Positions 45,901 to 57,469 of a stretch of 64,000 nucleotides of DNA are shown here, in pieces (positions within the stretch are counted from its first letter, which is position 1; each line of letters begins with the position of its first letter). The stretch is from Macrostomum lignano (lineage: Eukaryota). The stretch spans positions 30,804-94,803 of the forward strand of contig NIVC01001299.1 of NCBI GenBank assembly GCA_002269645.1, given 5' to 3'. A model generated the notes under the pieces. That model was not told the origin of the DNA. It saw only the letters and a list, made by a program, of their open reading frames with translations, and searched no databases. A program made the position numbers and the translations under genes.

Positions 45901-48900
45901 ATTATCAGAATTTGGTTTAAAAACTTTTCTAAATGAATTGTTATACTTCTATGGAAAGAACAAGACAACTTTGAATTCTGAAATAACATTTCAAACATTT
46001 CAAAAAAATACAAAGAACTCAAAAGCATAGGCCATATTTTAGATAAAAGTTTTTATATTTTAAGAAGTAATATATGCTTGTAATAAAAGAATAGAAAAAT
46101 TTGACACTTTTCATTTTCCTACTGATTCTGGTTCTGGAATTGGAATTATTCTAGTTCAGGAACCAATCTTTGTGAAAAGCCTAAATGTTTCATTTATCTA
46201 ATATAACATTAATATTACAATAATGTTAATGTCAATAATGTTAATAATGTTAATATAACATTAATATAGAAATTCTACATTGATGCCCACAAAAAGTAAT
46301 GTTTATATTATTGTCATTAATGCAAGAAATTTCTGGGCATCAATGTCAAAAATTCCAGGCTCTGTGTTATTACATAGAATGCAGTTGAAATGTCTATGGC
46401 CATTCTTTCTTTTGATTTGCGAGCTCTTGGTCATAGACGAAGTTTTGATGGTCCAGGTCTAGAGATGGACAGTAAAACTGAAGGAGCTAGAAAAATGCTA
46501 AATATATATTTTTTCAAATCTGTCAGGACTAAGGTGTGCTTGAGTTCTGAAAATGATCAACCATTTAATTAATTATTCCAATCTGCCAGGAGAAATGGTT
46601 TCCGGTATGTTGACCAAAGAGCTGGCGTGGATATTATCCGAGTCAAACAGCCAGTATTTGGAGGAACTGAGCAAAGAATTTGGGCACAAGATAGAATCAG
46701 AAGAGATTCTCGACATTCTGGAGGACGTGATGCAAGAGTTAAATCAGCTTGAACGAGATGGAATACCAGACTCCTCTGCCTGGCAGATGGAGGACAATGT
46801 GAGCCGCTTCAAGACTTTTCTGGAAAAAATGAAACTGTCAATAGATCTGCTGCGAATTCCAAAGTTGATTCTGGCTAATTATTTGCATTTCTTCTATTCA
46901 ACACTGCAAACAAAGGACGAGCAGTACTATGCTCTAGCAAGTCTCATCTGCATTAGAGCCGGACTGCATCGCTTCTTCTGTCTCAGTCGCCTAGAGATTA
47001 ACATTATTGCGGACATGGCCTTCGCAAATGCGAATCAGATGTACAAGCTAGCCAATCAACCAAAATCGCGAGATGGATTTGCTGTGATCAAGAAAAGTGA
47101 CCTCCAGAAGATCATGAGCTACTTTGACAGATCATGTGGTGACATACTCTATAAAGAGGTCATGTTCCATTTAATTTATTATTTTGGACTGCGTGGACAG
47201 GAGAACCTACCAATACTGACGAGGGAGAGTTTTGTGTTTCAAGTGGATTCTGAGTTCTGAAGGCCGTGACTATGCCACTCTGAACTATGACCTTCTTAGT
47301 AAGAATTCTAAGGCATCTCTAAAGAAGACCGAGTTCCAGGATGCAAAGCTAGCTTGTATGTATTTGGATTCTGAGAATTGGAATTGCCCTGTTGCTGCCT
47401 TGAAGATGTACCTACAGTGCCTAGCGGATCTACACATTGAATCACTTTTTCCGAAGCCGTGCGTCAATGTTTCGAAAGGTATGTCCAGTAAGCGATGGTA
47501 CTATGTCTCCCGTACACTGGGCAAGAACATAATTGATCAACTCATGAGTCAATTGTCAATAAATCTTGGTCTCTCTAAACACTATACGAATCATTGCATT
47601 TGTGTAACACACGTCACAGTTTTGAAAGAGCATAGATTTTTGAATGCAGCGATTGCTAGCAGCACCGGTCATAAGAATCTGGAAAGTGTTGAACAATACT
47701 CTTGAATGAGGAGACGCTAACTTTCAAGCGATGTCAGAGACGCTGAGCGTTGATGCCAGCGCATCGACTGTGTGCATTAAACATGTGGGCCCTATTGGTG
47801 TGGTGTCGATAAAGGAAGCAGTAGCTACGTGCAAAGATTGTCTTGCTGAAGGACAAGTTAAGCAGGCTGTGCCAGCTCCATCGGTCAGTGTGAATTTCTC
47901 TAGAACATTTTGAAATTGTACGTTTGATTTCTATAGCCTGAAAGACTAATTTAATTTAACTAACTGATTGTCTCTCTTTGCATGCTTATAAGTGCATAAA
48001 CTTCTACTCTTATTTGTTGGCCACTGTTTCATACTGTTGTTCTATTTTGCTCTATTACTGAAATAGAAAATACCATAGACAATTCAAGGCACAAATTGCC
48101 ACATTGACGCCCAAAAAAGGGACGCTTAAGTTTGCAAAAATTAATGACAATATACAATTTCTTTTCTAGGATTTATATTTTTTATAAAGTTAATATATAC
48201 ATTTAAATAAATTATAATATTGTTTAACTAGAAAATTAAACTATATATAGCAATACAATATTTGACATATTAATTAATAAACTAACAGTGGCTAAAGTCA
48301 ATTGCCATAAAGATATAGTGTTGACAAATGTAAATCTGATTTTTGACTAAAGTCATCATTATTTATGTTATTGAACTTGAAGTGGTAGTTACCAAAATGG
48401 CTATTATTGAAATGGATTGTATTCACTTTTTGAGATAGGGATACAATACAATAGCATTTTGACTTTAAAACGCTATTGTCCTTAGATTAGACCTGAATTT
48501 GATTTTGAATCCTAATGCTAGCAAAAAACCTATAGGCCTATAAGAACAAGTTTTTCTATATATATTACCATTAAGGATACTATTAAAAATCTTGACTTTC
48601 TAAATTGCATCTTAAAATTGGACCTTAGTTGCAAATATACATTATAGCACTAAAAAACTCAAGGCAAACTGGCAAAGAAACTTTATACTTTTGAATAGGG
48701 CCAGCTATATATGATTTACTGCCATGATTCTTTTTAAAGTTTTATAAATAAAATAAATAATGCTAGGCCTACCCAAGTTGATCAATTGTTTTAAACTATG
48801 TTTGAGTAAAATTGCAAAAAATAAAAACTTAAACTACAGAATGAAAATGAGTTTGATACCTTTGGCCTCAGGGCTCAGGCTAAGCCAAAAGCTAAGACCC

Positions 48901-48995
48901 TCAAATTAATTATTTAGGCTTACTTACCCTGCAGAGCCTCCAAAGAGAAACTTGATAGTGTTAGGAATTTCTTTTTTACTAGATTGGTTTGACAT
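39902..48995 (-). CDS. SLC25A11: Mitochondrial 2-oxoglutarate/malate carrier, 314 aa
   Basis: Exons 48995-48928 (MSNQSSKKEIPNTIKFLFGGSAG), 41611-41056, 40389-40249, 40081-39902 join in frame. Carrier signatures VQPLDLVKNRMQ, VGTPAEVALIRM, ASMPVDIVKTRIQNM; C-terminus WKGFTPYYFRLGPHTVLTFIFLEQMN matches the OGC. Intron 1 is 7.3 kb. Confidence 0.93.
40480..41010. repeat. Degenerate GAGTCACA(A/G)TG-based tandem repeat
   Basis: Visible array in SLC25A11 intron 2. Confidence 0.85.
42785..44569. mobile_element. Foldback-like element with modular 15-bp-repeat TIRs
   Basis: GCTAGC-cored 15-bp arrays at about 42795-43230 and in inverted orientation at about 44365-44555. Outer ends GGGTCTATGAAATTTGCTAG / CTAGCAGATCTCGTACTCCC; flanks ACACCATAT / ACACCATAC (8/9; exact 7-bp CACCATA). 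Confidence 0.7.
46590..47913 (+). pseudogene. Decayed Crypton-like (DUF3504-type) tyrosine recombinase
   Basis: ORFs 46553-47260, 47232-47705 and 47731-47913 join through a 7-bp duplication (47254-47260) and a stop. Motifs LQTKDEQYY..SLICIRAGLHRFF, YYFGLRGQEN, CPV, LGKNII, YTNHCICVT (H-x-x-R with R changed to C), TGHKN.ESVEQY. Intronless, antisense within SLC25A11 intron 1. Confidence 0.8.
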
Positions 48996-49728
48996 TTTGG
49001 AGTAAACAATCGACAACGGTAATTACTTTATGTTTAGAATATAATACACCTAATTCCAAACCTGCAGTGCTTTGTCACCTTTGAATCTTTGATGCTGTAA
49101 ATCGCTAGGCTAATACAATAGTTAATATATTCAATATGTCTGATTTACTCGGGACTGCAAAATCAGAGCATTAAAATTTTATTACAGCGTTGGCTTTCAG
49201 CCTTCCAGAATGAACCACAGCAATATTACAAAACAATTACTGCACTGGCCCTAAACCTTTTGAGATATTTCTACGAAAAAAATTGAGCTATAACAGCCAA
49301 TTGCACTTTACGATTTAACAAAAATTACTTACTCTTTTGACCCTTGTTTTGATGAAATTAAAATAAGTAAAATAATTTACAAATAATAATATGTATCATA
49401 TTATTTTCTTAACGATTGAATAGTGAATCTAATATAAGAAATATTCCATTTACTACGTAATTGTATGTTTTGAAGTCTATTTGATCTTGGCCTCCATTTG
49501 CTTGTTGAGCAATATGATCATGCATTCGATGTAGGCACGTCCCTGGGCTCCTCCACTAATTTTTGCGCGCCCTCCTTTCTTTCCCTGTGACTAATCATGC
49601 CTTATCGCCCACCCCACTCCCTCGCGCACCGACGACCCCACCTTAATTCAATTTTGTTTGAAATCGATCATTAAACTGTATGCATTTGGCAGTTTCTAAT
49701 TATGAACAGTCACAGCGCGGCTGACGGG

Positions 49729-49844
49729 TGACGTCATCAGGGTTGCAATTATGGTAACGGAGGTCAAGGATTTAAGTGACACGGCCTTTAATATCACGCA
49801 TCACGCTCACATGATCACGTGACGCGTGATCCCAGGGCTATAAA
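49729..49844 (+). promoter_or_regulatory. Pol II promoter-like motif cluster pointing into the palindrome
   Basis: TGACGTCA 49729-49736, CACGTG 49816-49821, TATAAA 49839-49844; CRE and TATA conserved with copy 1. Confidence 0.45.
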
Positions 49845-49958
49845 GAGATAGATTTAAGCCCTGAGCGGCAACGGTCGATCCGGCCCTGTCCGGGGGCCGG
49901 CGTTCCACGCTCCGGTCGCTTTTGATCCCCTCCCGCGTTTACTCCTGAACTTACGAGT

Positions 49959-50023
49959 CAAGGACCACTAGAAGTTACTTCTAGTGGATAATGTGAACTA
50001 GAAGTTACTTCTAGTGGTCCTTG
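49959..50023. mobile_element. 65-bp CAAGGAC-family micro-element
   Basis: TIRs CAAGGACCACTAGAAG / CTTCTAGTGGTCCTTG; exact 8-bp TSD TTACGAGT (49951-49958 / 50024-50031). Confidence 0.9.
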
Positions 50024-51989
50024 TTACGAGTCCGTTCTGCATCCCTCTTCCTCTACCGTTTCTTTTCTCACCCATTGGAAAGCTAGCTGCATGTAACTTC
50101 CCAATTGACTTTAAACCTCCCGGTCGTGTCTCGTTTGGATTGTCGATCACCCGTGACTGCAGCCGACGCCCTGACTTGCCGACGACCACCGCGCCACAAT
50201 TGCAGCCCTGCCCGTTGGCCGTGTTCTGTAAGGTATTTCTCTCTCTGATGTGTATAATCCGTTGGGTATAATCAACCCCGGTCTCCCTCCCCATATTGCT
50301 CATCATTTCCTAATTTTTCCAATCTTAACATATTTACATAATGCATAATTCTGTTTTAATAATTTCATGTAACTGAGCGGTCAAGGCCAAGTTTCAGGGC
50401 TAATTATTTAGGCCATTAGCTATTATTTTTATCTCGTTTGCTTCTGCCTGTTCAATCACTTAATTATTTACTTATGAATTGTAACTACGTAACGTGCAGA
50501 TTCTGCAGGGTTTTCAGAATTCTGACGCAAAAAACGCAAATTATACTACTATCTGAAAATGAAGTAAGTAGTATACAAAAACGCTATCCTAAGCGTGATT
50601 CAATATGTAGTTGTAATAATCCATGTGCTCATATTAATTCCATGTACATTAATCCCTATCTATCTCAAATTGTATATTAATTCCATGTACATTAATCCCT
50701 ATCTATCTCAAATTGTACATTAATCCCATGTACATTAATCCCTATCCCAAATTGTCTATCCCCAATTCTATATGTACACTTGCATTAATCTACAGTGTCA
50801 TCCCCAGCGCGCGCACACCAAAATTACAACTCGAAACCCTACTACATGTTCAATCTCATCCAAATGAGTCAACTAATTGCGTAGCTCACATCGTAATGTA
50901 TATTTCCAACGTACATTCTCAGACAGATTTGAATAATACTGGTCGGAGTCTATATGTACATTGATAGCCTCTATACTCATATCTGCTACATACCCCAAAA
51001 ATTAGGTATGTAAATTTTCACCCTCGGAGACTGTAGGTTTGAATATGTTGATATAATTTATTCAAAATCTTAAAATACACATACTTTCATATAGAGGCGG
51101 GCCTGTACAAACTCTCGCCAAGCGATGGGGTGGAGGTTGCGTCATCCAAGTCTCTCCCAAGTCTGCCCCCCAAATACAAGACTGTTGAAGCAGTGCTTTA
51201 TATTTCTATTGACAATGGGTATGATACAAGAAGCTTCGTCGCGCTTTAATTACAGTAAACCATCCCCTCGAAGCTCCTATACTGAATGCTGAATCACCCT
51301 TTAACTCGGACCATAGTCAAATTCAACCATGTTCGAAAACAGCCACCCCTCCGATGTTCACCAGACTCGTCTTCACAGCGCAGACCCATAGCAAATCGAG
51401 CTAAATTTTAAAACTCGCCCCTGTTCTCTCTGTCCCCCTTCTAAATGCCAAGGAATTTCGACCCTCTCTTCATTTTCAGTGTACAGACAGATCTTTCCAC
51501 AGCACAGACCGTATATTAAACTTCATTCAGCAAAACCCCTCTCTTCTCCGATTACGTCATCCATGCCGCCCCAGATAGCAAGAAACCAACTTTTAATGCA
51601 CACATCAACCCCGCGAATCTGAACAAATCCGAGTCCGCCAACCTCTACCTGCATTGACAAACCCCAGCTGCATCTGTCAATGTACACAGCCTATGAATCA
51701 GTGTCTCCACCGCATGCAATTCTGATTTACTTGATTCTAAACTTTGTAAATAGTATAAGTCACCCTTGCGTTATACTAGAAGTAGTGAAGTCCACAAATT
51801 TAAATACGTGAGGCTTCTCCGTAATTCAATTCTGCCTCTCCGGCTCCCCTGCCTTCTCACTTCAAGCTTTCAGACTTGGTCTTTGAGACGGTTTAATCTG
51901 TTAGAAGCAGGAATGAATCATGCACTGACCTCTCCACACAAAGTAAAGTTGGAATTTCAAACAATAAATTTGGTTATTTTGAAAGCTAA

Positions 51990-53150
51990 ATGACTAGAAA
52001 TGCGCAGTTTTTTTATAAGAAAATACAATTTTTCACAGTTTTTATGCATTTTTTACGTTAAAATGCAGACTTTATTGATCAAAATCAGTAGTTTCATCAC
52101 TAGAAACCATACTTTCAACAGCTAATTTGTCCAAATGTCGCTTTCAACTTGACCTTAGACAGCTTTGAAGCAAGAATGAATCCCACACGAACATCCACAA
52201 GCCACCCCAGAATCAACCAAAGACATGGCTATTGAAGCCTAAATTGCTAGAAATGCGCATTTTTTCATAAGAAAATACAAATTTTCACAGTTTTTACGCA
52301 TTTTTTCGTTAAAATGCAGACTTTATTGATCAAAATCAGTAGTTTCATCACTAGAAACCATACTTTCAACAGCTAATTTGTCCAAATGCCGCTTTCAACT
52401 TGGCCTTAGACAGCTTTGAAGCAAGAATGAATCCCACACGAACATCCACAAGCCACCCCAGAATCAACCAAAGACATGGCTATTGAAGCCTAAATTGCTA
52501 GAAATGAGCATTTTTTCATAAGAAAATACAAATTTTCACAGTTTTTACGCATTTTTACGTTAAAATGCAGACTTTATTGATTAAAAATCAGTAGTTTCAT
52601 CACTAAAAACCACAATTTTAACACAAAATTATCACAAATGCTACTTCTGGAACTCTGAGACAGCTTTGAGCAGGAATTATAATCGCACACGGATTACCCG
52701 AGCCAGTCCAATTTCCACTAAAGCCATGGTTTTTTAAAGCTAATTCTTAGAATTTCTCATTATTTCGTTTAATAAAGGCCTATTTTCACAGTTTTATTAT
52801 TTTCTAACGTTAAAATGCGAAATGCGAATCGATCAAACTTAGTAGTTTCATCCGAAAAGCCATAATTTCAACCGCTAATTTGTCCAAATTCTGATTTCAA
52901 AGTTGGCAAGAGACAGCTTTCGAGCAGGAATGAGTCACACACTGATCTCCATATGCACACCCCGGCCCAAGTTGGAATTCCACCCAAGACATTTTCATTG
53001 AAAGCTAAATTACTAGAAATTGCACATTTTCGTTTTAAAAAGGTCAATTTTTCACAGTTTTTACTCTTTTTAACGTTAAAATGCTGACTTTATTGAACAA
53101 AATTAATCACTTCATCAGCAGAAACCATAATTTTTACAACTTAATCGTCA
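51990..53150. repeat. About 252-bp tandem repeat in the left palindrome arm (about 5 units)
   Basis: Unit anchors CTAGAAATGCGCA-like at about 51994, 52247, 52499, 52747, 53013. Confidence 0.88.
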
Positions 53151-56100
53151 AAAATGCTGTTTCATCATTCAAATGTGTGTATTTGGTACGCGTAATACCC
53201 CTCAAGAAGTCGGGAAGGGATTATTCTTGAATATTGGGTTAAAACGTACAGTTTGCTATAAACCTAGCTATAATAATTTTAACATATACAGTCGGCGAAG
53301 CGGCCCGTTGATTATTTCGATTGACATTTAAACTGTCCCTCCCAGACCTCTCTCTCTCCTTCTGCACCCACCGAGAAAAGTGACTCATGCGGCAATCAGC
53401 TGGACAGGTTTGGTGTATTACTGAATTGGCAAAACAGCCAACACCCAATGGTCATATTAGACTCGTCTTCACAGCACAGACCCATGTAGAACAGAACCAC
53501 TCGTCCCTGTCTCTCTGACCTTACCATTTCTAACTGTCAAGGAATTCCGACCCTCCCTCTCCAATTTCAGTGTACAAACAGATATCTTCACAGCACGGAC
53601 CCATATATTGAGCCTCCTCCAACCAAAACCCTATCTTGATTACGTCATCCACCTCCCCATAGGAGCAGTTAGCAAGAAACAAAATTTTTCGATGCACATA
53701 TGAACACTGTGAACCATGCAAAATCGCACATCTACGGGTCGATTTTGATTGACAATTTAATACCTTTTGTTGATGCTGCTGTGTACAGTAGTCTTATTTC
53801 TGAAGCTCCTAGCAGTCATCTTTTAGATGTGGTGAATCAGTGTTGTTTTTGCCAACTTTACATCTTGATTCATCCTCCAAATTCTTCAACTCTGACGATA
53901 TTCAATAATTTAACCCATGCAAGTAGATTTGCCAATTCGCCAAATTAGCCAATACGAATGGGGCCAGAGGACCCACCCAAATCGAGCCCTTGTCTCTCTC
54001 AGGCCTCTCTCTCCTACACAAACCCCAGAAAAGTGACTCATGAGGCAATCAGTTTAACAGGTTCAGTATACTGAATTGGCAAAACAGCAAACACCCAATG
54101 GTCAATGGACTCGTCTTCGCAGCGCAGGCCCATTTTGAATAAAGCCAAAACACACATACCCCCCTATTCTCTGACCAAACCTTTCCATTTCTAGTTGTCA
54201 ACGAAATTCGACCGGCCTCTCTCTCAATCCCAATGTACATTTTGACGAAGCAAGCAGATCTTTTCACAGCACGGACCCAGCCTCCCCCAACCAAAGCCCT
54301 ATCTCTGATTACGTCATCTATACATCCCCATAGAAGCAGTTAGCAAGAAAAAAATTTCGATGCACATATATGAACAATGCGAACCAAGCAAATCCGCGCG
54401 TCTACCAAAGCCAACCCTACCCTGCGTGCTGTAATTGCATTTGTCAATGTACACACCCTATGAATCAGTGTCTCCTTCTTTGGAACACACGAAGGCATTA
54501 GTCAGAAAGTTTGGATGCAATTAAAAACTCTCTCGATGCTTTGCGTATAAACGAGTAATCGATTGAATCAATTGTACACTTGACACATTTAATTACGTGC
54601 TGCCATGCAACGGAAAGACAGGATAATGGGGTGGGTGGTCACGCAGCCTCATTCTCTCTTTCCTTCTGATCTTTCATTATCTATCAATCTCAGCTCTTTC
54701 CGGGGCAACTCGCGCATGTGTGCATAGTTCCTCATCAGATTTACCACATGTTCATTTACATGTGATGTACATATGCAAGTGGCAGCCGATTTAAACCTGA
54801 GAAATGGTTGAAGTACTCCCCCGACTATGACTAAATGCACGTACGTTCAGTCAAATACAGGAAAATTTGACATCCGTAGTATGAAGATGTAATCTTCACG
54901 AAAGCTTCACATGTTTATCTTTCTCTGTGGAAATGACGATAGTTTCTCAATAAAAATCTGTCATAGGCCCAATATAGCAGTTTAAATATTTTCACGAAAA
55001 TGTCGCATTCTTCCAAGAACTGATTTTTGCAAACTCTACTGTCAGTAGGAAGATGAGTTTTCATAGAGACATTTTGTAAAACATAGACTAAACTTTCAAA
55101 TCATTCGTTTACACAACCAACTGTCTATATTAATGGTGGGGTTATTATTACTTTACAGAAAAACGCATGTCCTGTGTTACGACACTGCCTAGCAACCGTA
55201 TAATTTTTGCAGGTCAAGGAGCATTAATACATGAACTAACACTCCTATTTTACATTCATTGAGAGGCGGCGGCGCGGGCGGAGGCGGCAGTAGAGACAGG
55301 GACTGTGCTGCGCACAGTCACGGTCCGGCCCCCCTCCGCCCGCTGCCTCCGCCTCTCAATGAATGTAAAATAGGAGTGTTAGTTCATGTATTAATGCTCC
55401 TTGACCTGCAAAAATTATACGGTTGCTAGGCAGTGTCGTAACACAGGACATGCGTTTTTCTGTAAAGTAATAATAACCCCACCATTAATATAGACAGTTG
55501 GTTGTGTAAACGAATGATTTGAAAGTTTAGTCTATGTTTTACAAAATGTCTCTATGAAAACTCATCTTCCTACTGACAGTAGAGTTTGCAAAAATCAGTT
55601 CTTGGAAGAATGCGACATTTTCGTGAAAATATTTAAACTGCTATATTGGGCCTATGACAGATTTTTATTGAGAAACTATCGTCATTTCCACAGAGAAAGA
55701 TAAACATGTGAAGCTTTCGTGAAGATTACATCTTCATACTACGGATGTCAAATTTTCCTGTATTTGACTGAACGTACGTGCATTTAGTCATAGTCGGGGG
55801 AGTACTTCAACCATTTCTCAGGTTTAAATCGGCTGCCACTTGCATATGTACATCACATGTAAATGAACATGTGGTAAATCTGATGAGGAACTATGCACAC
55901 ATGCGCGAGTTGCCCCGGAAAGAGCTGAGATTGATAGATAATGAAAGATCAGAAGGAAAGAGAGAATGAGGCTGCGTGACCACCCACCCCATTATCCTGT
56001 CTTTCCGTTGCATGGCAGCACGTAATTAAATGTGTCAAGTGTACAATTGATTCAATCGATTACTCGTTTATACGCAAAGCATCGAGAGAGTTTTTAATTG

Positions 56101-57469
56101 CATCCAAACTTTCTGACTAATGCCTTCGTGTGTTCCAAAGAAGGAGACACTGATTCATAGGGTGTGTACATTGACAAATGCAATTACAGCACGCAGGGTA
56201 GGGTTGGCTTTGGTAGACGCGCGGATTTGCTTGGTTCGCATTGTTCATATATGTGCATCGAAATTTTTTTCTTGCTAACTGCTTCTATGGGGATGTATAG
56301 ATGACGTAATCAGAGATAGGGCTTTGGTTGGGGGAGGCTGGGTCCGTGCTGTGAAAAGATCTGCTTGCTTCGTCAAAATGTACATTGGGATTGAGAGAGA
56401 GGCCGGTCGAATTTCGTTGACAACTAGAAATGGAAAGGTTTGGTCAGAGAATAGGGGGGTATGTGTGTTTTGGCTTTATTCAAAATGGGCCTGCGCTGCG
56501 AAGACGAGTCCATTGACCATTGGGTGTTTGCTGTTTTGCCAATTCAGTATACTGAACCTGTTAAACTGATTGCCTCATGAGTCACTTTTCTGGGTTTGTG
56601 TAGGAGAGAGAGGCCTGAGAGAGACAAGGGCTCGATTTGGGTGGGTCCTCTGGCCCCATTCGTATTGGCTAATTTGGCGAATTGGCAAATCTACTTGCAT
56701 GGGTTAAATTATTGAATATCGTCAGAGTTGAAGAATTTGGAGGATGAATCAAGATGTAAAGTTGGCAAAAACAACACTGATTCACCACATCTAAAAGATG
56801 ACTGCTAGGAGCTTCAGAAATAAGACTACTGTACACAGCAGCATCAACAAAAGGTATTAAATTGTCAATCAAAATCGACCCGTAGATGTGCGATTTTGCA
56901 TGGTTCACAGTGTTCATATGTGCATCGAAAAATTTTGTTTCTTGCTAACTGCTCCTATGGGGAGGTGGATGACGTAATCAAGATAGGGTTTTGGTTGGAG
57001 GAGGCTCAATATATGGTCCGTGCTGTGAAGATATCTGTTTGTACACTGAAATTGGAGAGGGAGGGTCGGAATTCCTTGACAGTTAGAAATGGTAAGGTCA
57101 GAGAGACAGGGACGAGTGGTTCTGTTCTACATGGGTCTGTGCTGTGAAGACGAGTCTAATATGACCATTGGGTGTTGGCTGTTTTGCCAATTCAGTAATA
57201 CACCAAACCTGTCCAGCTGATTGCCGCATGAGTCACTTTTCTCGGTGGGTGCAGAAGGAGAGAGAGAGGTCTGGGAGGGACAGTTTAAATGTCAATCGAA
57301 ATAATCAACGGGCCGCTTCGCCGACTGTATATGTTAAAATTATTATAGCTAGGTTTATAGCAAACTGTACGTTTTAACCCAATATTCAAGAATAATCCCT
57401 TCCCGACTTCTTGAGGGGTATTACGCGTACCAAATACACACATTTGAATGATGAAACAGCATTTTTGAC

